In this document: piece after piece, positions 12,801-24,297 of the stretch | Layout: each line of letters begins with the position of its first letter | Position numbering within the stretch: position 1 is the stretch's first letter | Assembly (NCBI GenBank): GCA_023213395.1 | Contig: CM041465.1 | Location: 201,693,741-201,757,740, forward strand | Source of the DNA: Cycas panzhihuaensis | Lineage: Eukaryota; Plantae; Cycadophyta | Direction of reading: 5' to 3' | Length of the DNA: 64,000 nt | The notes under the pieces: model-generated | Database searches by the model: none | The model's input: only the letters and a program-made list of their open reading frames with translations | What the model was told of the DNA's origin: nothing | Made by a program: the position numbers and the translations under genes

Positions 12801-15107
12801 ACAGGTACAACCCTTTTATTTCTATTACTTTAGTTTCTAATAACGGTGAGCCTACATGCTATCAAGAAGTAGTAGATGATATCTATAATGAGAAGTGGAA
12901 GAGGGCTATCTAGGAAGATATAGATGATTTAAAGAAAAATAATTCATGGGACTTGGTAGAACTTCCACATGGGTTACAGGTGGGCTTTTAAGAAGAAAAC
13001 AGATGCTGATGGAAAGATTGACAAATACAGGGCAAGACTGGTGGCTAAATATTTTGCACATAAAGCAAGTATTGACTTTCATGAGATCTTTTTACCAGTT
13101 GTCAAACTTGTTTCAATTCGAGTTATGTTAGCATTGGTAGCTTCTCTTGATTTAGAGTTGGAGGAGTTAGATGTAAAAATAGTTTTTCTACATGAAGATT
13201 TAGATGAGGAGATCTATATGGATCAGCCAGAGGGGTTTGTATAGGATGGTAAGAAAAGACTTGTTTGCAGGCTTAGGAAATCATTGTATGGCCTAAAGTA
13301 ATCACTCATGTAATGGTACAGGAAGTTTAATACCTTCATGGAGAGCCAAATTTTAAAAGAAGTGAGTATGATCATTGTGCTTACCTTAAATTCTTAGATA
13401 ATGGCTTATACATTATCTTAGTATTATATGTTGATGACATGTTAGTTATAAGCAAGGGCATGGAAGAAATCAACAGGTTAAAGGCTCAATTGGCTAGGAC
13501 TTTTGATATGAAGGATTAAGAGTTGCAAAATAAATCTTAGGTATGGAGATACATAGAGACATGAAAAATAGTAAGTTATGGTTATCATAGTAGAAATATG
13601 TAAAGAAGGTGCTAACCAGATTTAGTATGCCAAATGTGAAACTAGTGAGTATCCCATTGGCTTCCCATTTCAAGCTTTCTTTGAGTATAAGTCATAGTAA
13701 TAAAAAAGAAAAGGATTATATGTCTTGTGTACCTTATGTCAATGCTATAGGAAGTTTGATGTATGCCATGATATGTACAAGATCTGACATTTCACATACA
13801 GTCAATGTAATCAGCAGGTTTATGGCAAATCCAAAAAAGGAACATTAGGCAGTAGTGAAATGGATGCTTTGGTATTTGAGAGGTACATGTGACTATTATA
13901 TCACCTTTAGAGGTACAGGTAATCAAGTTTTTTGATATGTTAATTCAGACTTTGTAGGAGATTTAAATAAGAGAAGGTCTACTTCAAGTTATGTATTTAC
14001 TCTTACAAATGGTCTGATTAGTTGGATGTCAAAATTACAGAGTACAATTATATTATTAACTACAAAAGCAGAATATGTTGCTGCAACATATACTTATAAA
14101 GAAGTAATCTAGTTGCAGGGTCTATTGGTTGAGCTTAGAAGGAAATAGGAAAGGGTAAAGGTATTTTGTGATAGTCAAAGTGCCATTTACTTAGTAAAGA
14201 ATCCAACTCATCATAGTAAGACAAAGCATATTACTCTTAAGTACCATTTTGTTAAATAAGTTGTGGAAGCATGTGGAGTGGCATTTGAGAAGGTTAACAC
14301 AAAATAGAATTATGCTGACATATTTACAAAACTAATACTATTAGAGAAGTTCAAATCGTGTTTGACTTTTCTTAGCTTATAGAAAAGGTGATGAACGGTC
14401 CATGAAAGGTATCAGGTAAATTATTTTCAAGGTAGAGATTATTAGATAATGTAATAACAATATTTTGGAGGTTGAAATTTTGACGGGTTGGTAGAGCGAT
14501 TTCCCTTCCAAACTTCCTCGAGGGGGTCCAATGGGAGGCAGGAGCCCCCCTTGGCCTGGAGGTGCAAGGGAAGCTAGAACCCCCCCTCCCCCTCCCGCAA
14601 AGAGGAGGTTTAGGGGCGGTAGCCCCTAACCTAAAAAACTAGCATCAAAAAGCATACTAAATTGTAAAGAGAATCGAGGTCGTTCATTCAAAATATCTTA
14701 AATTCAATGGTCGAGATTTGTACCTTATATAACTCTCTCATGTAGCATGATTTAGGGTGCTTTTTTATTATATTGATGGTATTTAATATATTGGATGTAC
14801 TATGAGGAGTTAGGCGATTGGTTATTGTTACTGTGAGCATCATACTGCAGATTATATACATTTATCTATTCTTTGATAATAAAGATCGATACCTTTCTTG
14901 TGTGGATGTTTCCCTAGCATATTACTAGGGTTTTACCATGTTATATCGAGTGTATATGTGATGCTTTAGCTTTCTAATTCATTTATTATATTATCTCTAG
15001 TTTAAGAACTTACATGTTAAATTTTAGTTTCGATTCTTATAATTAGTTGCAAAATAGTTTAGATCTTGGTGGTAATTTCTAGTTATTGGGACGTAGTTTT
15101 CTCAACA
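9823..15107 (+). mobile_element. Full-length decayed Tnt1-like Ty1/copia element nested in E1
   Basis: LTRs at 9823-10436 and 14440-15107, perfect TSD TAAAT (9818-9822, 15108-15112), PBS 'tggtattagagcc' at 10439-10451, PPT 'aaggtagaga'. Gag-pol ~10492-14390: 'KFKVEKFNGNNNFKLWK', 'LDSGAPYHMC', 'YVDDML', RNase H. Many stops. Confidence 0.95.
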
Positions 15108-15189
15108 TAAATGAGTATAGGTACTAGTAGTATCCTATCTACTTAGAAAGGTTTAGTAATGTAGTATCATAAGTCATTGTGTCTTTTTT

Positions 15190-15530
15190 CTTAATAGTCT
15201 CTCATAGTTAAGATGATTATATCTGATGGTGTACTTGCTCACAAATGAGAACTCAAAGACCCTATATACCAAAAGGTATGTGGATATTATAGAAGGCTCA
15301 ATTGCTCCCCCAACATTATTGACCCACTTATGCTAAATTTATAACTTGAATGATAGATCATTGTCTAAGGGCACACTTCAAACTAAGGCACTCACCCTCT
15401 TTGGGTCTAGCCTAGTCTCCAAACTATAAGATCAAAGGTTTATACATTAGCTCATCACTTAATACACCTGATAGTGAGTTGTTCCTTAGCTTGCTTGTTC
15501 CTAATTATTCCCTTTGTAAGATTAAAATAG
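15190..15530 (-). other. Conserved structured module in the E1 5' leader
   Basis: Homologous to 37930-38340, with an identical 22-mer at 15379-15400 and several further colinear blocks. Confidence 0.75.
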
Positions 15531-16458
15531 ACTCAAAATTAATTCGATAATTATCTTTTTTAATGTTTCAAGTTGAAATATGTCTTTTTATTAATTATTT
15601 TTTCTTTTTTAATTAAAAAAAAAAAAAAACATTAAATAAAGCTAAAAGAAACTTCAAAAAATATTATTTATGGTATTTTTTAGCCTAAAGATATATTTTG
15701 TAGTTAAAAAGATAAAATTTAAAAAAAAATGCTAAAAAAAGACTAAAAAAGTATTAAAAACGAATTATAAAATGATTAAAATAATAAAATAACTTAACTA
15801 TAGTTAAAAGTGAATATTAAAAAAGGAATATTTAATGAATATTCTAAAGTATATAACATAAAGTTATAAAACTTTAAAAATATTAAAAGATAAAAAGAAT
15901 CGATCCATGTGATTAAACAAAGGTAACGTTTTTTACCTTTTAGAGATTATTTCTCTTTGCTAAAGTACTGGAATAAAAATTTGAGCCTAGATCTGAGAAA
16001 AGCACAATAAGGAGATCATTTCAAGTGATCATGTCATAGGGTTTTGTCAATTGTAGATAAAGAATAATCACGTGGAAGAAAAGAAGGGGTGCATGACTAT
16101 CATGGAGTAAATACAACTCAAAAAGCTTTGTTTTAATTGATTTAAGCTATAGACAATAATGAAATGAGGGTAGAATGACATTTAATGATCAATAGAATCG
16201 GTCTAGAAGATTTTTAAAGGAGAAATAAGCCCAAACATAAATTTTTAGGCGCACGGCAAAAGTATGGCAATCGTAATAATCATGCACTAAAAATGGAGAG
16301 TATAAAGTAGACAGACCTTGGATTTGGAGGAAGATAAGCCAATAAATACCTAATATAGTCGAGCCATCATTCTGTAAGAAGGGTTAGTAAGAAACAATGA
16401 AAAAATATAATGAAAAATCACTAAAAAGAGTGAAAAAATAGCTTGCTTTGATACTAAA

Positions 16459-16888
16459 TGATAAAAAATATATTAGTTGTTTTCACTACTAGGATCTAAA
16501 TCATTAAAAATAGATAGCCACAATCACATTAGTATGATCAAAGCATGAAAAATTAGAGGGGAAAAAATTATGTTCAAACCCCAAAATAACCTTTCCTTAG
16601 CATAAACAAAGTTTACACAACATAAACCCTCTTCATACTCCTTTGTACAATTACCAAGAGAGGTCCTTAATACATAGAAAGTATAGTCACCTTGTATGGT
16701 GGATAAATGGCACACATGCATACATTGGTAAAAGTGGGCTTTTAGCCCCTCAACTAGAATTCATAACTTCAAGTTATAACTTAAGGTACATTTGCACTTT
16801 ATAACATTATATTATTGAAGTGACTCAAATTTACATTACAATTAGAAAGTGGCAAAATGAATTAATAAATAAATCATTAATTTTATCA
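16459..16888 (-). repeat. E1 5' LTR
   Basis: TG...CA termini, adjacent PBS, and a direct repeat of 5119-5550. Confidence 0.93.
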
Positions 16889-18122
16889 GCTTCAGATCCT
16901 AACTTCTCCAAACCCTTAATAACCACTTATTACTATAGTTAATCATGTGAAATATATTACAAACTATGTGGTTTTTTTATTATAGGGTTATTTCTTATTC
17001 TTATGTTTATAACTTACAAAGTCACAAGGTAATTTAAAAAATAATTAAATCTTAAGGTATTTGGTTGTTGAGATAATTATTTATTTTGAAAAAGTAAATT
17101 TTTTAAAGAATTTTGATGCAATATTCTAAGGAATATGAAATAACAAACATGCAAATGTATAATTTTAAATGTAAAGGTGATTCATCCTAATTTGGGTTTG
17201 GTTTATGCCTATTTTATCCAATATTTTCTTAGTTAGTTTCTTGGGCCTTTTATGCTTTTAACACTTTGATTTTTATCAAAAATGCTTTAGCCAAAGGGTC
17301 CCAATTTAATCCCCTATAAGACATTAAGTTTAAGCCTTACTACCCTTTAAGATTTTATGTGCTAGAATGGTTAGATGATGATTTATTTTGAGACTTATGA
17401 TATTTTATGGGTTCAATTTTCCATATCTCTATCATGTTTTATCATCAGAACATGTACTCTGATCTTTATTTCATGGTTTAACATTTTTTTATTTTAAAAG
17501 TTAATGAGATCTCACTATCATTTATCATTCTTTTACACTTTATTAATTCTAGGAATTGTTTCCTTTCTTTTACGAAGTTGCTTTTGTGATTTCTCTTTAT
17601 CATGATATAATAAATGAACATCGATTTGCATGTTCCATTTTATGGTTAAAGTTATTTTTACAAACTTATATTTTATTAATCCTTCACTAGTATAAACATA
17701 TCATAATATCATGTTGTATCTCTCACTTGCAATTGAAATGTTGTACCATTATAATATTTTGCTTTCAATCCTTTTATAAGAGCATTTATGGTTTTACATT
17801 TTACCTTTACATTGCACATCACATATCATAAAACATAAGGTAAAAGCACATGGCATTTACATTTCCATATGCATTTGATGCCTTAGAATCTCATTTGTAG
17901 GAATTCAACTAAATTATTTATTTTTAACTTTCGTACACATTCTTCACCTTGCCACACGCATCACATAGGTGGCAAGGCACCCTTTCAAAGAGTTAATCAA
18001 TTACTTCATAATTAAAGAAATCATACCTCACCTCTTAATTCTTAAGAGTGCACCAAAATAACCTTCTTGGTGTTATCAATGCATAACATTAGGAGCATCT
18101 TCATTAGCTACAATGAAGTGAA

Positions 18123-18221
18123 GGGAGTATAAAGTATTGTTTTCTCATTTTTTGCATAATATTAAAGGCATTGGGAGTATAAAATATTGTTTTCTCATTT
18201 TTCACATAATATTAAAGGCAT
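18123..18221 (+). repeat. 50-bp tandem duplication (2 copies)
   Basis: 'gggagtataaagtattgttttctcatttttt...attaaaggcat' at 18123 and 18173. Confidence 0.9.
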
Positions 18222-20503
18222 CCATAATGGACTTATAAAATATTGTTATAGAATCCCAAGGAAGTGAGGGTGTCAACCCCCTTTACTTATACCCATTGAT
18301 GGGGTATAAATAGGCAATAAATAAGGGATATACCTTAATCTTGACTTTTGAGTGGCATTAAGAGCCACTTAAATAATAAGGAAGTGGTGTAGCCTAAATT
18401 GTGAAAGAATACCTTCTATTGTTTTAATTTACTTTTTGTCAAGACGTCGATCATGATAGCTCATCATCCCCCTCAATATGAGCCTTCAAAAAACCTAGAT
18501 CTTTCACATTGGTTATCCTTCTTAATTGGGCCTTTTAATATCTTTTGGGACTCGGTCGAGTCTAAAGATACATCTATTTGCTGTGCTCATTTGCTTCTGC
18601 AAAGGAGCTTAATGGGGTTTCTTGTAGATGCAATGTATATGATGATCAAAACTTGAATATGCTCAAACCCAAGCATTAAAAGCCCATATTGGGCTAAGTG
18701 CAATTCAATCAAAACACATGGCACATTTATTGGAAGACGTGGTACACTGGAAAAGCCAGTCTTAATTTGGGTCGGTCGAAAGAAATCTGTAATTCAGGTT
18801 GGGAAGTCTCGACTCCCCAAGGTTGCATTCAATGATTTAATCTAAAGGACTACAATGTATTCCAAAAAGTTTGGAAAGCGCTCCGGCCCTTCGATGCACC
18901 CGTTAAATACGAACGTGGACGCTAGGTACGCCACAATGCGAGACGGTTGTGTTCGCCATTGGCAATCTCAGAGGGAAAGGTTCCAACCCATTGCAATGGG
19001 TAGAAATTTTGCCACATGGAGATAACGGCTGGCTCTGCACGGCCCTCGGGACATGATTTAAATGGTTTTCAGCGCTTGCAGGACACTTGCAGACATGATT
19101 TAATAATCGTAACTGAAAGCAAAATACGCAGAGGAGGTCAATGCTTCTGTTGTTTATTCAATGGAAATGAACGGATGGGATATATCGTCTCTTGGAAATA
19201 TATTTTCATAGATGTGAAAAAAATATTCGGAGACGAAAGCCGCATTAGAATTTGTACCGCTTCATATACTGCGATCGTGTCGGCGTTTCTCCTGCCGTCA
19301 AGAGCTTAGAGATTACAAGTTACTGACTCGGTTTACAAAGTTGTCAAACGAAATTTCCAAGATGAACCGACGCGCGAGAGGAGGCCAAATACATATTTAA
19401 CGTCATTTGGTATTGACGGTGTGTGCCACCGGCAGTCAACCTAAATCTTATTTATCGGATCTTCATTTCCAAAGTACGAGTAGATTAGATATATAGTCTG
19501 GAGCGTCAGAGTGAGGACGGACGTGACAGCCAGCAGTGCCGTCGACAAATCGTCGAGAGGTACAACCCTCCACCGCAGAACACCGTCGAGCAGTACGACC
19601 ACATGCACCGATGGAATTACAATTTGCACCGCCCTGGACGCGACGGAATTAATTTCAGTTGACGTTTGAACTTGGCAATTAATTAATTAATGCTTTCGTA
19701 CAACAGAACATGGTAATACATACATCCTTTCCCAGAATGATTAAAGTCTGGCCAGGCAGACAGGGCTGGCCACATAGGTCCGTAACACGTTCATGTTACC
19801 ATAGCCTAAAGGCTTTCACAGTCACCTTAAATGCCAGATTCCGAGGCCCGGGAGTACCGTTCGATTATGTCCCCGTTTGATCACCAAGGGTCTGCAACTG
19901 CGATCAGCGACTCCAGAGAAGTTATTGACGCCGCAGCATTAACTTTATTGCATCCAATCTAAAGGCTATAATGTTTTCCGATATCGTGCAGAACATTACA
20001 GCCGCTGGATTTCTGTAATCGAAACAACGTAAAACCCTAAATTACTGAGGAACGTAGCCTTTGCTCCGGAAATTAGCCATAAATGAAGCCAATGTGCGGG
20101 GCAGGCGAAGCTGGATCCTGAAACATTACAGCCGGTCGACCACTGCAAGAGAGGAAGGCCGTGACAACTTTTTGCAGCATAAAATTTTCTTAATTTTAGA
20201 TCCTTTTTAAATAGCCGTCGTAATGATTTAGCCACACGTGTAATCGTATGGTAGGAACTTAAGATTATCGTATTATAAAAATTTTGTGGTGAGTCAGCTA
20301 ATCTGCAACAACTTCATCATTTCGGTGACCCCGAGTTAGACACACAAAATGTTCAATGTTGCAAATGTATAATACTTTTAGGGTGAGGCACTGGAGATTT
20401 TAAATTTAATAGTCTTTCTCAACTGCGACGGAGCCCTCAAATAAAGAAACAAGTGTCAAGGGTCCAGGGCTCAAGATATTTTTATCGCATTCAACTTGAT
20501 AAC

Positions 20504-20557
20504 AATTTTAAAATCAAATTTAAAAGCTGAATTTTAAAATCAAATTTAAAAGCTGAA
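20504..20557 (+). repeat. 26-bp perfect tandem duplication upstream of KCS
   Basis: 'aattttaaaatcaaatttaaaagctg' occurs twice. Confidence 0.9.
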
Positions 20558-21282
20558 CGTGTGAAACCTTCTGTATGATCATCAGAGTGGCCTTTATTTC
20601 TCTTGGAACCAAAAATTACGAGACTTATTATTTCGCGGAGCGAATCTCCTCCGCACCACGTCCGGGCTGAATGCAGGTGCTAAAATAAGAAATTTACGTT
20701 CGGGAAATATCAGGATAAAAAAATTACGGGTTCAATAAATCTTCTGTACCGTACCACAATAAATAAACATAAAATATTTCGAGTGACTTCAATGACTTTT
20801 GTCGTTGAGTTAGTGCCAAAATTTAATGACCTGTATTCGTTGCCATGATACCTCCAGGCCTAAAATCAACCGTCGCACGTGACGGCCAATGTGGACTTCA
20901 ATTATATGGAGCTCGAAAGAGACGAGAGTAGCAACAACGACTGTAGCTGACGGCCACCGACGGAGGAAGTAGATTATAGACGCTGTAAGGTGGCCCCAGA
21001 TGCTCCTGATCCAGTGATTACAGTGTTCCCCAACCTCTTGGAACGAAACTCGCCCCTCGGATTGGGCGCTTTAAGAGGCCGGCTGGTACTGGTACCGTTT
21101 GTAAGCGATTCCAATAAGATAAGGTCGGGTTACCGAACGGGATATGTCACAGGCACACCGGTTTTTGCCCGCACATTGGACGCTCAAATATGAGTTTGAG
21201 CTTTGGGGTGGTTGTGAAGGCGTACAAGTCATAAAGTCCGGCCCGCAGGACTGAGATCGGTCTTACCTTTTTCTGGTTTTGG

Positions 21283-21333
21283 CTAACCCACTATGGGTTA
21301 GGGTTGAGGGTGTCCAGCCACGTGCAGTATAAG
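21283..21333 (+). promoter_or_regulatory. Putative KCS core promoter: palindrome, G-box and TATA-like box
   Basis: CTAACCCA-cta-TGGGTTAG at 21283-21301, CACGTG at 21319-21324, TATAAG at 21328-21333, about 60 nt before the ATG. Confidence 0.55.
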
Positions 21334-21391
21334 TTAAGCTTTGCCCTGCTATGCTTTCTCATGTTTTTGACGAGGTCGCGGTGTAGAAACG

Positions 21392-22966
21392 ATGGGCAAA
21401 GGATCGGGAGAGGGAGTGTGCAGAGATTCTGCAACGTCTGAGTTTGTCAACGGCCATCGATATCATAAGCGTTCAACTGGCCTGCCAGATGATCTACGAG
21501 GGTTGAGTCTAAGGTATGCAAAAGCGGGGTATCAGAATGTCGTGAAGAATTTGTTTACGACGCTTCCAGTGATTCTATCGACATTGGGAGTGGCTGTCGA
21601 GCTGATACGCATTCATATCGATAATGTCAAGCTTTTCGATGTTAATGTTTCTCGTGTTCTTTGGTGGTCGAGTGCTTGCGTGGTTACGTTAGCGCTGCTT
21701 TCTAATTTCCTGTCCAGATCGAGTCGAGTCTATCTGGTAGACTATTCCTGCTATCGCCCTCCACAGTCTTGGAGGGTCCCGTTGTCTAGCTACATGGAGA
21801 TTGTTACGCTTTCTGAGTTCTTTGATAAGAAAAGCTTGGAGTTCCAAGCTCGAATCCTGGAGAGGTCTGGTTTAGGTGATGGCACTTGCGTTTCTGAGGC
21901 CTTGCATTACATACCTCCCAAGTGCACCATGCAAATAGGTCACGAAGAAGCCCAGACCGTGCTATTTTCTGTTATTGATAATCTGTTTGCCAACGTTGTA
22001 GGATTTAATCCAGAGGATATACAGATTCTCGTTGTAAATTGCAGCTTGACCTGCCCCACGCCCTCTCTGTCGTCTATGGTCATTAACAAGTACAAAATGC
22101 GGAGCGATGTTAAAAGTTTCAATCTATCAGGAATGGGATGTAGTGCCGGGATTATCTCCATCGACCTCGCTTCAAATCTTCTGCAAGTCCATAAGAATTC
22201 GTATGCCCTTGTCGTAAGCATAGAGCCAAATACTGCCAACTTTTACCGCGGCAACAAGAGATCTATGCTAGTCACCAACTGTCTGTTCAGAATGGGAAGC
22301 GCAGCTGTACTTCTGTCCAACCGCAGCGAAGACAAAAAACGTGCAAAATATAGCCTTGCGCACGTGGTAAGAACTCACAGGGGGGCCGACGACAAGGCCT
22401 ACAATTGTGTTCACCAGGAGGAGGACTCCGAAGGAAAAGTTGGCATTTCTATCTCCAAGGATCTCATGCAAATTGCTGGGGAAACTCTGAAAGCGAATAT
22501 AACCTCGTTGGGTCCTCTTGTTCTCCCCATTTCTGAGCAACTTCTCTTTGGCTTCTCGCTCATCAGAAGAAAACTTCTGAATCCAAAGTCGAAGCCTTAT
22601 ATTCCAAGCTTCAAGCGTGCATTTGAGCATTTCTGCATACACGCGGGGGGTAGAGGAGTGATCGACGGACTGGAGAAAAATTTACAGTTGAGTTCAGAGC
22701 AGGTGGAGGCATCTCGCATGACTCTGTACCGGTTCGGCAACACGTCATCTTCGTCGCTGTGGTACGAGCTGGCGTATATAGAAGCCAAAGGGCGGATGCG
22801 CAAAGGAGATCGGGTGTGGCAGATCGCATTTGGGAGCGGATTCAAGTGTAACAGCGCTGTTTGGAAGGCCCTTCGTACCATGAAGACTCCTTCCAATGAT
22901 TCTTCTGCCTGGTCTGACTGCATCCACCAGTTCCCGGTTGTCGTTCCTGATTCCTCGAACAGTTGA
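21392..22966 (+). CDS. KCS: 3-ketoacyl-CoA synthase (VLCFA elongase condensing enzyme, FAE1/CUT1 family), KCS5/KCS6(CER6)-like, intronless
   Basis: Intact 524-aa ORF with two N-terminal hydrophobic segments and 'VYLVDYSCYRPP'. Catalytic Cys in 'FNLSGMGCSAG', His in 'HFCIHAGG', Asn in 'RFGNTSSSSLWYE'; also 'WQIAFGSGFKCNSAVW'. Confidence 0.97.
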   Translation: MGKGSGEGVCRDSATSEFVNGHRYHKRSTGLPDDLRGLSLRYAKAGYQNVVKNLFTTLPVILSTLGVAVELIRIHIDNVKLFDVNVSRVLWWSSACVVTLALLSNFLSRSSRVYLVDYSCYRPPQSWRVPLSSYMEIVTLSEFFDKKSLEFQARILERSGLGDGTCVSEALHYIPPKCTMQIGHEEAQTVLFSVIDNLFANVVGFNPEDIQILVVNCSLTCPTPSLSSMVINKYKMRSDVKSFNLSGMGCSAGIISIDLASNLLQVHKNSYALVVSIEPNTANFYRGNKRSMLVTNCLFRMGSAAVLLSNRSEDKKRAKYSLAHVVRTHRGADDKAYNCVHQEEDSEGKVGISISKDLMQIAGETLKANITSLGPLVLPISEQLLFGFSLIRRKLLNPKSKPYIPSFKRAFEHFCIHAGGRGVIDGLEKNLQLSSEQVEASRMTLYRFGNTSSSSLWYELAYIEAKGRMRKGDRVWQIAFGSGFKCNSAVWKALRTMKTPSNDSSAWSDCIHQFPVVVPDSSNS

Positions 22967-24136
22967 CGGTATGCATCAGTGGGGTTCCATTTCTAAAAGA
23001 ATTTAATTAGCACTGGTTTTTGAACTTTCCTCTGAGGTGCAGCTTGTTCGATGGCTGCTATCTCAATGCGAAAAAATTATTATTATTGTTGTTTTCCACG
23101 GATGTAGTAAATGTCTATTTATATAATATATATATATATGTATGGTAATGTCGTAAATCAATAATGCTACGAGGATGGCTGGTGTCTCATTTCGAAGAAT
23201 ATTATTATTATTATTATTGTTTACCAAGTTTCTGTGTCTTCTACGATGAAGGGAAAAAAAAAAGAGCTAAATTTAGACATCGACAAAACTACCGCCTACT
23301 TTTTCGGCGAAGAGCTAAAGAATTAGTCACATCCGTATGAGAGCCCAGTTGGCATTTGATGGCTATTTATCATAAATTTGTCGTCTTTATTCCCAGCGAA
23401 TGTCTTAATCAGACGTTTCATTTTATGCCCCCACGTCGAAGTGAAGTGGACATTCCATTTCTCTTTCCTGGAAAAGAGGAAAATGATCCGCCGTATTAAA
23501 GAGAGGAGATCAAAGGGACCCGCTTCCGAGGTTAGATCGTATATTGTCCCATCTTGGTTTTGAAGACGTCTCTATTGGTCGACCTTTCAATCATTGTAGA
23601 TTTTAAGTGAAATATCAAAAGTAAAGTGAGAATGCAATCGAACTACCATATTAACAAATGATAATGTGTTTTAAAATTAATAAATAAATTAATTATTAAT
23701 AATATTCACCTCGAGTCTTTGGAGCCGGGGGAGGGCGGGGGTCTATCGATGAAGGTGAGAGGTGAGGGGGCACCCCCAAAAATAAACTCAAAATTTTATA
23801 GGAATTAATAAATTGTATTTTATTGATATGTATCTTTGGGAAGTACACCAACAAATGAGGGTCATGGAGTGCATTGGGCATTTAATTTATTTTAATATTT
23901 TGTATTTAATTTATTTTCAAAATAGAAATGATAAAGTTGAGTGGACACTTGAAACTTTTATAGGAATTAATAAGTTGTATTTTTCATATATGTCTTTAGA
24001 AAATACACATAAATGAATCTTCTTGAGTAAGTGGATTTATTTTAGTGTTGTGTATTTAATTTGAAGCATGAGGTATCATATTGGAAAAAAGTCTTATGAA
24101 TGTTGATTTATAGTTTAATGATAGAGAGGATGGATT

Positions 24137-24282
24137 GTGGTAAACTGAATTATTGAATATTATTCATATCATTGAATATTGTTATCTCATTTTATCTCTA
24201 AAATAATATTGTGGTAAATTGAATTATTGAATATTATTTATTATTGAATATTGTTATCTCATTTTGTCTCTAAAATAATATG
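24137..24282 (+). repeat. ~73-bp tandem duplication
   Basis: 'tgtggtaaa(c/t)tgaattattgaatattatt...ctctaaaataatat' occurs twice. Confidence 0.85.
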
Positions 24283-24297
24283 TTTTCACAAAGAAAA

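Larger units (their letters stand above)
5119..16888 (-). mobile_element. Full-length decayed Ty1/copia element E1 with a nested insertion
   Basis: LTRs at 5119-5550 and 16459-16888. TSD GCCTC (5114-5118) / GCTTC (16889-16893). tRNA-iMet-type PBS at 16445-16456 and PPT at 5551-5560. Minus-strand gag (ATG ~9811), Zn knuckle (~9010-9050), protease, integrase, RT and RNase H remnants lie between 5580 and 9810. Confidence 0.93.
18700..23600. other. CpG-rich, GC-richer island around the KCS gene (probably unmethylated)
   Basis: CG dinucleotides are frequent here and rare in the flanking retroelements. Boundaries are approximate. Confidence 0.75.

Noticed and set aside
19016-21193. Short ORFs in the CpG island (19016, 19441, 19996, 20990)
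   Set aside because: No recognisable homology, and such ORFs are expected by chance at higher GC. Transcription cannot be excluded.
21294-21311. Telomere-like or G-quadruplex run 'gggttaggggttgaggg'
   Set aside because: Only three G-tracts, and not a true telomeric array.
21940-22927. Five minus-strand ORFs overlapping KCS
   Set aside because: Antisense shadows of a GC-richer coding sequence, with no independent motifs.
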